Shown: positions 1 to 11,042 of the stretch, one piece after another
Layout of the letters: each line of letters starts with the position of its first letter
Position numbering within the stretch: the first letter of the stretch is position 1
Source: Macrostomum lignano
Taxonomy: Eukaryota
Direction of reading: 5' to 3'
NCBI GenBank assembly: GCA_002269645.1
Contig: NIVC01004084.1
Span: 1 to 43,199 of the forward strand
DNA: 43,199 nt
Notes under the pieces: generated by a model
What the model was told of the DNA's origin: nothing
The model's input: only the letters and a program-made list of their open reading frames with translations
The model's database searches: none
Position numbers and translations under genes: made by a program

Positions 1-834
1 AGTGAGCCAGGTGATTGAGCGACTGCATTAAGGGTTGGATAGGCAGCGTAGCTACTTTATCACTGCGAGGCTGGGGTCAGGGAGAAGAGGCTCTCTAGCT
101 GCATTTAGGAGCTTTATACCCCCCTGCAAGTGCGCTTTAGTCAGATGAACGACCTCCCAAGCAGCCCAACTCCCCCCGCCCAGCAAAGTGCTCAATCCAC
201 TCTTCCCCAAGCTCTCTCTCATTCCCTTCGTCTTGCTTTCCCGTTTCTAGTCTGCACCACATTCCATTTGCCCCGCATAGCGGGAACTAAATGCTTTATG
301 CCCGGAGGAGAGGCGTGAGCAAGAGTCTGTCCCAGGCAATGTACTCTTGTACTCGCATCTGTGCACAGTCGCGATGGGACCCCTAAAACGATTGTAAATT
401 ATGAATAAAATCCTGAATAAAGCGGTAATTTGGTGCTGGACACAGAGGTGAGGGAAGACCTCTTCGCCAATAATTGAATTGACGAGATAGCTTACTACTT
501 CTTCCGCACATAATTGCTGACAATCCAATTGGCTCACTTGAAATAATGTTATTGATAACTTCAATTTATTGCGCCGAGTGTTGGACATGAGATGCTATTG
601 AATGTGACAATGAGGGTCGCACTATTACTGAGACAAAATTAAGACTACACACACGCACTGAGTTGACAGCATGATTGATTGACACATCTCAAATTGACGA
701 GACGGACTTTGAGCACCGATGCGACGGCAGGAATAGACCCGTATGAGAACGCGAGCGGGACATCGCCAGCGACATGAGAAGGAGATGCGGGCTGACCTGA
801 GTCGCCTTATGCTCGGTGCACTAGGTGCTGCGAT

Positions 835-1190
835 CTGAGGCTCTGGATTAACTGTGCTGCTCTACAACCCTGAGACCTGGACCCTGACGGATGCCCGGGA
901 GAAGCAACTGGACGCCGTGCACTCTGCGATGCTGCGCTCTGCATTGGCGTGCGCTGTGGCCCCTCGGCTCGGAGCCCAACGTCATGCTCTACGCTAGGGC
1001 CCGCTTAACACGGCCTTTTGACCTGCTGTGCGAGAGGCGACTCAGGCTGGCTGGCCACGTCATCCGGTTGGAAAGTCGCCGCGAGTCGTTTATAGGACCT
1101 GCTGTTGAGGACAGCGCAGGGTCCGGCGAGACGAGGCCAAGGGCGTTTGACGAGCTGCTTCTGAGGGATGCGAGAGCGCCTCCGTTCTGA
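835..1190 (+). mobile_element. RTE-clade non-LTR retrotransposon, 3' fragment (post-RT region), frameshifted
   Basis: Manual translation from ~854 gives VLLYNPETWTLTDAREKQLDAVHSAMLRSAL. After a frameshift the ORF track gives LLCERRLRLAGHVIRLE. Both resemble RTE C-terminal motifs (VLLYGxETW...RRLRLAGH). Confidence 0.75.
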
Positions 1191-1271
1191 ATCTGACTGG
1201 GGGAGCCGACTTTTTGAGAAGTGCGGCCCAAAGGCGTGCGTTCTGACACTCGTGGCCGGCGAGAGGTGTAT

Positions 1272-1316
1272 TTTGTTGTTGTTGTTGTTGTTGTTGTTGT
1301 GTGTGTGTGTGTGTGT
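1272..1316. repeat. (TTG)n-(GT)n compound microsatellite, probably the 3' tail of the minus-strand LINE
   Basis: Seen directly; it abuts the 3' end of the element at 1275-3098. Confidence 0.85.
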
Positions 1317-3098
1317 ATCGGAACGAGTCGAGATCAGGCCAGCCATTCCGGGTGGGTTTCCTCAGGAACTCAAACATCATCATTTCCCTTCCGTAGTCTT
1401 TCCTTCCAGTGAGTCGAGCCGTAGGCAGTCCCATCTGGGGCAGAGGAACAGTGTCCTTGTCGGATTTTCACCGCAGTCTGGGCATGGTTGAGGCTCCTCT
1501 AGCCCAATCTTCTGGCGCAGTAGGGTGTCCATTAGTGTTCGAAGCTGGGCGAGCAACACTGAGTTCTTCCTGCCGAAGTTGCCGGGGTCTCGGGTGGTGC
1601 CGTAGATCTCCGTCAGACGATGGTCTTTCGTGACCGGCTTCCAACGGTTTCTGACTTGTCTATCGAGCACATCAAATTCGATGGATCGTGCTCTGATCCA
1701 GAGAGTCCCCTGCTGGGCCAGGGCGTCGGCGCGCTCATTTCCCGCGATTCGACGTGGCCTGGAATCCATGGAGGTGGATCTTGCATTGGGAACAAGTCTC
1801 CTCAGTCTCTCGATCAGGAGGAAATGGGATCGATTCCTGGAGAGCTTCTCCTTGGCGACGGCCAGGACGGCGGATTTGCTGTCGGTCAGGATGAGGGCGC
1901 TTTCCGGAGATTCCTCCTCGATCAGGTCAAGGACTAGATGGAGGGCTCTTCTCTCTGCTGCCAAGGAGCTACTAAATTCGCCCGCAGCTGCAATCTTTGA
2001 CTTCTCCGCGGCGTTGATCCAGGCCACACAGGCCGCGCCTCCACTCTTTCCAAGTCCGTCCACCGAGCCGTCCGAGTAGATAGTAAGGTCCACTGGTCCG
2101 ATGCTGCGGATTGTCTCAACGGCCTCTTCTTTGATGAGGGGGTCACCCTTAGGAGGCCTGGGCAGCAGAAGACGCCGTCGTGCTTGAGGCGTCTCCATGG
2201 CGGGTGTCTTCTGCTAACGAAGTCCACTCGCGGCACCCTGATGTGCTGGCTTTCGATTCTGGCTTGTTCCCTCCATCCTTTGTTCGCTTTGAGTCTCTTG
2301 GTGATCGACATGTCGCATAGGTCTCTTTTTGGGCTCGGTCTGGGTTCACGTAAAGCTTTTTCCCAATCCCGGACGCACTTGGAGATCGCTGTCTCTGAGA
2401 TGGGGGCGACGCCGGTCTCGAGGTAGATAGCTTCAGAAGGGGTCGACTTAACGAGACCGGCTACCAGTCTGAGACTTTCACGTTCGGCGCGCTCGATTTT
2501 GTCGATGTTGCTTCTGGAGACCCAGGGGATCCAGGCAGCCGCAGCGTGCCAGACGCAGCTCTCGACGATGGCAGTATGGATTTTCTTGAGGTCCTCCTGG
2601 TGCCAGCCCCAGTCGGTGTTGGCCACCGCCCGGATGATCCTGCTTCTTTTTTTCATTTTGAGGACGACGTTTTCAGTGTGCACAGCGAAGGTGAGCCCTC
2701 GATCGATGTGAACTCCAAGGTACTTCAGAGAGTCTTTGCACTCGATGTTTTTACCGTTGATGCTGAGGTGCGGTTTGGCCGTCCCGTCACGGGGGGAGCG
2801 GCTGTAGACGCAGGACTCGCATTTGTTCGGGTTGAGTTCGATTTTGAGGTCGCTCGCCAATCGCTGATCTTGTCGAGGGCGCGTTGGAGGCGGTCAGTGA
2901 CTTCCTCTAGCGAGTCGCCGCTGGTCCAAATGGCCAGGTCATCGGCGAACCCGCCATAGTGGACTCCTTCCACCTCCCTGTCGGCCCAGTCGTTCACATA
3001 CAGAAGGAAGAGGACCGGGGAGCCCACCGCACCTTGGGGGAGCACTGTGGTCATCGCCAAGCCGGATTCCTACTTAACCGCGTATAGGCGCAGCTGCA
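1275..3098 (-). mobile_element. 5'-truncated I-group (Ingi/Nimb-like) non-LTR retrotransposon: RT C-half, RNase H, Cys/His knuckle; frameshifted
   Basis: ORFs 2725-3060 (LPQGAVGSPVLF, GGFADDLAIW), 1934-2860 (LKYLGVHIDRGLTF, WGW, AAAAW) and 1380-2198 (IYSDGS, AERRAL, LTDSKS, GNERADALA = RNase H; CPDCG...LCPRW). Candidate 8-bp TSD TGTATTTT at 1267-1274 and 3099-3106. The exact clade is inferred. Confidence 0.88.
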
Positions 3099-3599
3099 TG
3101 TATTTTCCTGCTAGGAAGACAAGCTATTAATACTGCATGAAGCTTGGCCTAGAGACTCTTAGTTCTCCCCTCTCCTGTTCCTTCAACTTGATTCATGCAC
3201 ATGGGACATCTCAACTTCCTCCTTTGCTCAGCGACATCAAGCTACTTACATGTTAGAAGACATCATGCATAATTTTGGCGTCAACCGCTAGAACTTTATT
3301 GACGAGTCGGCTGTTCAACGAGTTTTTGCTTGGGGTCTCATGATACCTTGGCACGGGCAGTTTTTGAGAGTTTACGAGTACTTAAACGCGTATGCTGCTT
3401 TACATGTACATGTACATGTTAATTGTAGCTTGGAGTACTTTTTATCTGGCCCCTGTCTTCAGTACGTGTAGCTTAATAGGGATTGTTGCACTTGGTTGCT
3501 TGCTTCTCTTGTGCTGCAGTGAACTCTTGTGGAGACTTGAGACTTACATTTTTTACCGCGAGGGCCCAGAGAATCCAGCTCATGGCTGCGGGCCAAATG

Positions 3600-4320
3600 A
3601 GAGAGAAAATTACGAGCGTATTAAAGGAGATAGATGGAAAAGTTGATGAAACATGACACGAAAGAGCATAATAGAGAGTTTAAGGGCGAGAGTAAAGAAA
3701 AAGAGAATGGAGGAGAGGAGACATGATAGATAAGACAGTATAGATTAGAGTTGAGGAGAAAGAAGAGAGTAGAGATAAAGATGAGAGGGTAGAGATGAGG
3801 GAGTCGACAATAGAGAGAAGAGAGTAGAGAGAGGAGAGAGAAGGTAGGAAAGATGAGAATGAAAACAGAGTATAAAAGAGGGAAGAGAGGAAGGAAGAAA
3901 ATAGATAAGAAAGGAAGAGTAGAGGAGTCAAAAAGAGGGAAAGAAAAAAGTACAAATCAGGAAGACAAGAGAGTAAAGATGAAAGAATAGAGAGGAGAGT
4001 AGAGCGCAGAGACAAGAGTGAACAGACGAGAGATAGGAGAGTCGAGAACAGAGGAGAGAGAGGAGAGAAGAGAGAAGAGATTACAGAGACGAGAAGAGAG
4101 AGAAGAAAAACGTGTGAGAGAAGAGAGGAGGGAGAATATTCGAGAGAGAAGGGACGAGAGAGGAGAGAGTAGAAAGGAGAGAGGAATAGAAAAAGATAGA
4201 GGGAGAGAGAAGAGACGAGAGAAGAGAGAGTAGAGAGTAGAGAGGAGAGGAAAGATAAGAGAGCAAATGGAGAGAGGAGAGGAGAGGAGAGGAGAGGAGT
4301 GAAGTTCTAAAGAACTCGAA
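3600..4320. repeat. Purine-rich (GA) low-complexity tract
   Basis: Almost entirely A/G, in degenerate GAGA/GGAGA units. The ORFs over it are low-complexity. Confidence 0.9.
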
Positions 4321-4661
4321 GAACGGATAGAGGCAGAGGTAAAGCCAACACGCTGTAGACAGTTGCTTATTAGACAGACTCATTCTGCGGCACCCCAGCC
4401 GACGAGATCAATGCTTGCCTCAAATCTTAATTTAACACGAATTTATTCAATTTTCAAACGTACGAGTATCCTCCTACTGTAACTAATAACAATTAACATA
4501 CTTGAGTTTTGACTTCAAATTTAGGAATTTTTGCAAAAAATAATTGCAGTCCGGGGATTGGAACTAGCGGGTTCAAAATTTGCGGGTTTTACCAGCTACA
4601 CTAATTAATTCTCTACTTAATATCTTGTCCTTTTTTGGTCGGTATAACGTGCTCGTTCGAT

Positions 4662-4866
4662 GCGTGCAAGGTGGGTTCAGCACGCCTGTGTAGCATGAGA
4701 TAGATCAGGCCTACGAGCTAAGGTCTGCGATCCTACACACCTGCACCCCCTCTATTCTGGTGCAGGAATGGCAGGAGAACTCTCTCCAAGCTGACTCGCA
4801 AGCCGACCCAGGGGTTCACGCCCCGCATGTGTTCAAGGCAGCTCCAGGGCTGCTGGACTGACTGGG
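4662..4866 (+). ncRNA. Predicted HDV/CPEB3-like self-cleaving ribozyme at the LINE 5' end
   Basis: Manual fold: P1 4662-4667/4825-4830 (G.U at the cleavage site); P2 4807-4811/4862-4866; P3 4812-4814/4822-4824; L3 UUCACGC; P4 4838-4843/4848-4853; J4/2 C4858-U-G-A. G4662 is the first base after the TSD. Confidence 0.7.
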
Positions 4867-5262
4867 CTCCGGCGGCGGCAACCCATCCGTGGCCTGTTGG
4901 CCAAGTTGGGTACGGGCTCCGCCCGGAAGTGCACCTGTGCGTATCAGGTACCTCTGGCCACGGCTCTGAGGAACAGGTATCACCCTCTGACCTTAACAGG
5001 GTATGCGGCCAGTCCGCAGGCTCCGTAGGCAGTCCTCCTGCTTCCCTCAAGGGCCCAGTGTAGTACCGTGCTGATGGTCCTTTGGTTCGGCCTCTGGTTT
5101 TTCCAAGCCGGGCTCTTAGCCGGGGAGTTTCTCGGTTGCTAGCGGTCGGGCCGGTAAGGGCTTAAGCCACCCCCGGTCGCTACCTCTTGGCCTGGCTGGT
5201 GGGTCTGGGGTTACGGCCCAGCAGCTTCTCTCCTCTAGTCCCCATTCGCCTTTCAGCGACTC

Positions 5263-6462
5263 ATGGAATATTCATTTACGTCCAACGCCCGAGGCTGCTG
5301 GAGCACCAACCGAGGTTGGTACCGCGGCCCAGCCGGACATTCGCAACACCGGAACCTCCGGTGCCTCTCAGTCTGCCGGACGCTCAGGACAACACCGGAG
5401 TGGCTGGACAACAGGACAGCGGACCTCAGATTTCTAAAAAGAAGGCCCGTAGCATTGCTCGCTACAAGGCCTTTTTCCAGCGCAAAGCGGATAAACGGAG
5501 GAATGCGAAAGCCGCCCTCCGGCCACCTCCGAGGAGGATGCCGCTAACTCTGCGAACCCCGCAGATAGCCGGTCAGATGCATCAGGTGCCGCCTAAGCTC
5601 CTGGTGCGGCTGGCCCCTCCCGTGGCGGGACCTCTGCCCGTGTGGAAGCTCCCACGGCCGCGGAGGGATCCAAAGCGTGGGGGCTGGCCAAACCACCAAG
5701 CCGAAGCACACCTATGCGGCTATGGCCAAGAGGCAGCCGGCCCTGGTTATCCAAGGCCAGGAGACGCCTCTTACGGCCGAACAGCTCGACATTATCTGGC
5801 GCAGGTTGGACTCCCACCTGGTCAAGATGGCCTTGAGCGGTACCGCTATTCCAGTCCAAAAGACGAAAGTCGAGGACCAAGCCCTCCATATCCAGCCCGC
5901 CGACAGCCAGTCAGGACAGCAGCTCCTCGAGATGCTGAAAGCCTTCGACTGGGGTACGGAGCTGGAAAACCTGTTTATCTACAGGGAGGACGAGCGACCC
6001 CGGACACACCGGCACCGTGCCTGGATTCCGGCTCGCAGCTACATCACCAAGGCCGACGAGCTGCATCACCTGCTAGTGGCTACCAACCCGGAGCTACCGA
6101 CAAACGGTGTCGCAGTTCACGAGACCATCTCCAAGCCGGGCGGAGACGGTTTCACCGCCATTCTTGGACTGTCGGATAGCTGGATGCTCCGCTATCCGGA
6201 CATGTCCCTCATCTCTGTCGGGCTGTTGCAGATTCAGCTCTTTAGCTTTGAGTCTGACGCCACCCGTCCACCGCCCCCGGAGAAGCGTAAGCGGGCGAGC
6301 GGGGGCTCTGCCAGGCGGAAACGCCCAGGAAAAGAAGCTCCCGTTCGTCACGACCCTTTCGAGGACGTGGACCCGTCAGACGGAAAGCCGCGAAAGCTGC
6401 AGCAACAGGCGGACGTGGAAAGGGCCGGAAACCCGCCCGGAACACTATCCGCTCTGGTCTGA
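5263..6462 (+). pseudogene. LINE ORF1 (frameshifted); C-terminal part resembles the DUF4780-like ORF1 of LOA elements
   Basis: Basic N-terminal frames followed by ORF 5677-6462 (TYAAMAK...LLVATNPELPTNG...SVGLLQIQL). The DUF4780 resemblance is recalled, not computed. Confidence 0.55.
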
Positions 6463-6719
6463 CTCAGCGCGCGAAGCAGCTGCTAGACACCGCCAAGGCC
6501 CACAACCGCAGCAACCCCCATCCCAGTGTCACCACTGCGGCCCCCCGGAAAACCGGGCCGAGAGCAAGAATGCCGCCCAGGTGGAGGCATCGCCCTCGAC
6601 CATGGAGACCATCCGGGAGGAGCCCATGGAACTGGAGCCTGGAGCCATCGGCGAGGCAGAAGAGGCGGCTCTCCTGCACAACTCGCCTTGAGCCGGCAGG
6701 AAGCTGCGCGGACCACTCG

Positions 6720-7420
6720 TGGATTCCCCGGAGTGGACATCCTGCAGCTAAACCTACACCACTGCATCGCGGCCTCGACCAACCTGATGCGGGTGGCAAA
6801 CTTTGTGAAACCGGGCATTTTCCTACCCTAGGAGCCCTGGACAAAGAAAGTTAAGATTCTGAATATTCCTGCTGGTCTTGACTGTTTTCAGGACCCCAAA
6901 AACCCCAGAGCAGCCATGTTCGTTCGTGTCTACCCATCTCAACGCTTGGCACAGACCGGACCTCTCTGACAGAGACCTCTGTGTCATTCAGTCCAACCAC
7001 ATTATCACCAACCGCACGGTCATCATCGCCTCTATCTATATCCCTGGCGATGGCCCCGCGGCTCCACCCAATCTTATCTCCCTCGTGGACTACTGCTCTA
7101 ACCGTAGGTTCGAGCTGCTGGTGGCGGGCGACGTCAACGCTCACCACACCCACTGGGGCAGTAATGCTTCCAACAGCAGAGGCGAGGAACTCCTTGCTTA
7201 CATCTGCACCACCAATACTGAGTTTTGCAACATTGGTGGAACCCCCACCTTTGACAACGGGCGATGGACGGAGGCCCTCGACGTTACCCTCGTCTCCCAT
7301 GGCTTGACTCCTTTAGTCAAGGACTGGGAGGTTTGGGACGAAGAGGAATCTCTGTCTGACCATCGCTTCGTTCGTTTTCGATTGCAATTCTCTTGCCCCA
7401 AGCATCACTTCCTGTGGAAA
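6720..7420 (+). pseudogene. LINE ORF2 apurinic-like endonuclease (APE) domain
   Basis: ILQLNLHHCIAASTNL, IFLP*EPW (in-frame TAG at 6829-6831 where QEPW is expected), ASIYIP, VAGDVNAHH, TPTFDNG, LDVTL, SDHRFVRF. Confidence 0.9.
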
Positions 7421-7815
7421 AGGAACATCCGGAACACTGATTGGACGGCTTTCACGGAAACCCTGAAATGCCAGGCAGATCAGCTGTCTACCGCCGCTCC
7501 AACCGCCTGTCAGGAAGTGGATGACCTTGCAGACTTGCTCAGCAAGACCGTCCTGACAGCCCATGAGGCTTCCAGCTCAGTCCTCTTAAAGCCTACAAAG
7601 GCAAAAAATCCGCCCCCTGGTGGCACCCGGCGCTTGGATCCCTCCGGCGCAAGGCAAAGTGCCTCCAACGGAAAGCTCGCAAGAGCAAGGACCCAGCTGA
7701 CCTGGCCGCCTACCAAGAAGCGATCCGCGACTTTAAGCGTGAAACCAGGAAAGCCAAGTCCGACAAATGGCGCCAATACTGCGCGGAGTTAGAAGGCACC
7801 CGCCCTACTTCACGC

Positions 7816-9400
7816 GTGGTTAAGGCTCTCACCCTCGACAAAATGTCAAAGGTCTCAGTCATTAAAAGACCGGACGGCCGGCTCGCTGAGAACCCTGGGG
7901 AATCGCTGGACATCATGCTCACCAGTTCTTTCCCACGTGCCGCACCGCAGCTAGGCCCACCGGACCACTCTCCGGGCGGACAGATCCTGGCTTCGACCAT
8001 CATTACTAGAGAGAGGACGGCTCGCGCCGCAAAATCTTTCTCTCCTTTCAAGTCACCGGGACCTGACAACATTTATCCTGCCTTCCTCCATGAGGCAGTT
8101 AAAAATGACAGGTTTCTCGGCCTCCTCTGCAACCTCTTCAAGGCCAGCATTACCCTCGGGTACGTGCCAAAAGCCTGGCAAGAGGCTACGGTAGTTTTCG
8201 TACCCAAGCCAGGGAAGGGAGACTATCACTCTGCCAAAGCTTACCGCCCCATCAGTCTGACGTCTTTCTTCCTCAAACTGATGGAACGGCTGGTGCTCTG
8301 GCGCCTTCTCCTCGTAGAGCTGAGGAACTCCCCGCTCTCCCCTAATCAGCACGCCTTTCGTCCTGGACGCTCCATCGAAAGTGCGCCTCACGCCATTGTC
8401 GACAAGCTGGAGCGCGCCGTGCTTGGCAGTGGATACGCGCTGTCGCTTTTCCACGACATTGATGGTGCTTTCAATAATGTGCTCTTTGAAGCCTTTAAGC
8501 GGCCCTGGAATCCCGGGCACGCACGAGCACCTCGCTCGCTGGATCATGTACATGGACTCCCATCGTACTGCCAACTCGATCGCACCTCCTGGGACACTCA
8601 CGCTCCGTGGAAGTCCAGAAAGGCGGACCGCAAGGTGGAGTCCTCAGCCCGATCGTCTGTAGTTTAGTCATGGACGAGCTGCTTTGCAGCCCGCATCCGG
8701 ACCCAGTTCAGAAGGTCGGCTTTGTAGACGATGTTACCGCCACTGTGGCTGGACCATCACCCGCGGTCCTCAGGGACCTCCTTCAAGCCTTCATCCACCG
8801 TGCCGAGCGCTGGGCACAAAGCTGCGGTCTCAGGTTCTCTGAGTCTAAAACCGTGGCTATCATGTTCACCAGCCGCCGAAACTGGAGGATCGAACCGCTC
8901 TCCCTCTATGGCAAACCTGTTGCCATGGAGAAACAAACCAGATATCTGGGCGTCACCCTCGACCACAGGCTGAGCTGGACCCCGCAGTCCAAACCAAAGC
9001 CCGCAAAGCTCTCGCGACTCTCGCGCAGATCCGCAGAGCTTTCGGTGCTACCTGGGGCCTCACCCCGCCGCCTCTGGTGGATTTACACTGCCATTGTTAG
9101 ACCGGCCATCTCCTTCGCCGGCTTCATTTGGAATAGTGCCCTAGAGGTGAAAGGGGTTCTTGCGGTTCTAAATAGGGTGCAAGGCCGCGCTTGTCGAGCT
9201 ATCATGAGCGCGGCTCCCTCTACGCCCTTCACCGGCATGAACTCCTTCTTGGACATTCCCCCCCTCGACCTCTTTGTTAGAGGGGAGGCAATGAAAACCA
9301 CCCGCCGTCTGCTTGACGCGGGTGTCCAAATCCAGAAGCAGTTCGCCTTCAGAAAGCGGAACCTCCGGCGGCCGCATGGTGACCTCAGCCTGCGAGACCT
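7816..9400 (+). pseudogene. LINE ORF2 reverse transcriptase domain (frameshifted near 8500-8640)
   Basis: SPGPDNI, YRPISLTS, QHAFRPGRS, DIDGAFNNV, PQGGVLSP, FVDD, YLGVTLD. Confidence 0.93.
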
Positions 9401-9519
9401 GGAAGCAGCGAGAGGCCTGCTGACCCTCTCGGACGGAATCCCGTCCACGCTCTGCCCTCCGCTCAAATTCAAAACTAGCATTCCACCAAGTCAAGGCAAG
9501 AGACAACTAGAAACCCCAT

Positions 9520-10300
9520 GAAATCCACTGCTTCACTGACGGGTCCCAAATCAACTCCGCCTCTGGCTACGGCTACTGCATCGTGTCTGGAGGGAGAACT
9601 TTGGCGACCTTCTCCCAACACACCGGCACCTGCTCCACCGTCTTCCAGAACGAAGTTCTCGCCATCAGCTCCTGCGCCATGGAGCTGTACAATCAGCGCG
9701 TCTGGGGGAAGGAAATAACCCTCCACTCGGACAGTCAAGCGGCTATAATCCACGCCCTTGAGCGCACAACCACCTGCTCGCGTACAGCTGCAGTCCTCGA
9801 CTGTATCGGGCAGCTCAACCGCTTAGGCGCCTCTAACAAGGTGTCCCTAAGGTGGATCCCCGGGCATTCGGGCCACCCCGGCAACGAGCTGGCCGATCGC
9901 CTAGCCAAGGCTGGCTCGACCGGTTCTTTCTGGTCCCCTGCCCGTGGCCCCCACCCCCATCGCCGTTGTCACCACTCGGGATCAACCAGTGGGTGGCTTC
10001 TAAGCACAGGGAGAGGTGGGCTAACGCCTCCGACTGCCGGCAATCCCGCGTGGTTGTCCCCTGTCCTTCCTCCGCCCCGCGCAGGGCCCTGCTTGGACTC
10101 AACCGCAGGGACATCAGGACGGTGAACATGGCCCTCTCGGGTCATGGTTGCTTTGCCAGGCATCGTCACCTCCAGGGGAAAATCCGCAGTGAGGAATTCC
10201 CTTTCTGCCTCTCCGGTGTCGAGAATGCGGAGCACTTCATCTGTGAATGCCCCGCCTTTACTCAGGACAGGCTCACCTACCTCGGCCCAAACCCGGACCT
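9520..10300 (+). pseudogene. LINE ORF2 RNase H plus C-terminal CCHC knuckle
   Basis: FTDGS (read across the frameshift near 9530), [37 protein letters not shown]; then LSGHGCF...[16 protein letters not shown]. Confidence 0.9.
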
Positions 10301-11042
10301 CTCCGACGTTTTCAGGCCCGAGAATCTCTGCCAGCTCGTCCGTTACCTAAGGGCTACCGGGCGAGCGACAATCCACCTCCTGGACTCTCCGGAGGGGGAT
10401 CGCGCTGCGGACGCCGGCGCCACCGGAACTCCCTGCGCGACACCGCAGCACTATAGCTGCCCGTGGTCGCCAGGGGCTAGCGAAATGGGCGGCAACGCCT
10501 CCTCGCTGTCTCCGGACGCATGGAGCCCCCTGCAGCTAAGTCAAGTAAGTGCTCGTTCGATTCGATAATACCGTTTTAAAAATCCAAGCGCGCTTTCAAA
10601 TGTCATAGTTTTACAACTCTAAGTATTCATTATTTAAAAGTACCCTACATTTTCTAATAGTTATAAAATACACTGAGTCATATTGACTAAACAAGCTTTT
10701 TGCATGAGCCAAACGTACTAGTACTACTACTTGTTTTTTATCGTGAAAAGGATGCGTTTCTAATTTTTTTAACTGGTAATTTCTAAGAAGCTAAATGAGC
10801 GCGTATTTTTAAAGTGGCTAGGCAGGCAACAAAAATTGTAAATTTTATTTGCGCTTATATCGAACTATAATCGTAGCGAAACTTCAACTTTTTGATATTT
10901 TCAGCATTGTTTAATGCGCTCTTCAGTACTGCATCAGTGAATCCCTTAAAAATTTATAATTTTTTGACTCGTTCAATTATTCATACTGTGCTGGCGCTCG
11001 GGTGTTTTAATTGTGTTAACAAGAACAATCACAATGTTATGC

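Larger units (their letters stand above)
4662..10548 (+). mobile_element. Full-length (~5.9 kb) LOA/Lian-like non-LTR retrotransposon, inactivated by frameshifts and a stop
   Basis: 13-bp direct repeat GTGCTCGTTCGAT at 4649-4661 and 10549-10561 (TSD), with a short CTAAGTCAAGTAA tail. ORF1-like region followed by APE, RT, RNase H and a CCHC knuckle, in the order typical of LOA/R1-group elements. Confidence 0.92.

Noticed and set aside
1-588. Minus-strand ORF 247-588, with faint resemblance to hAT/Charlie transposase (SYLV...IGEE) and a GKS motif beyond the stop
   Set aside because: Too few matching residues to support any family call by eye; would need HHpred or Dfam.
3140-3345. Possible CR1/L2-like LINE 3' remnant (LGLETL...)
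   Set aside because: A single short motif with stops; not distinguishable from chance.
1409-10456. Many antisense and alternate-frame ORFs over the LINEs and GC-rich exons
   Set aside because: Shadow ORFs caused by high GC content opposite or overlapping real coding frames.
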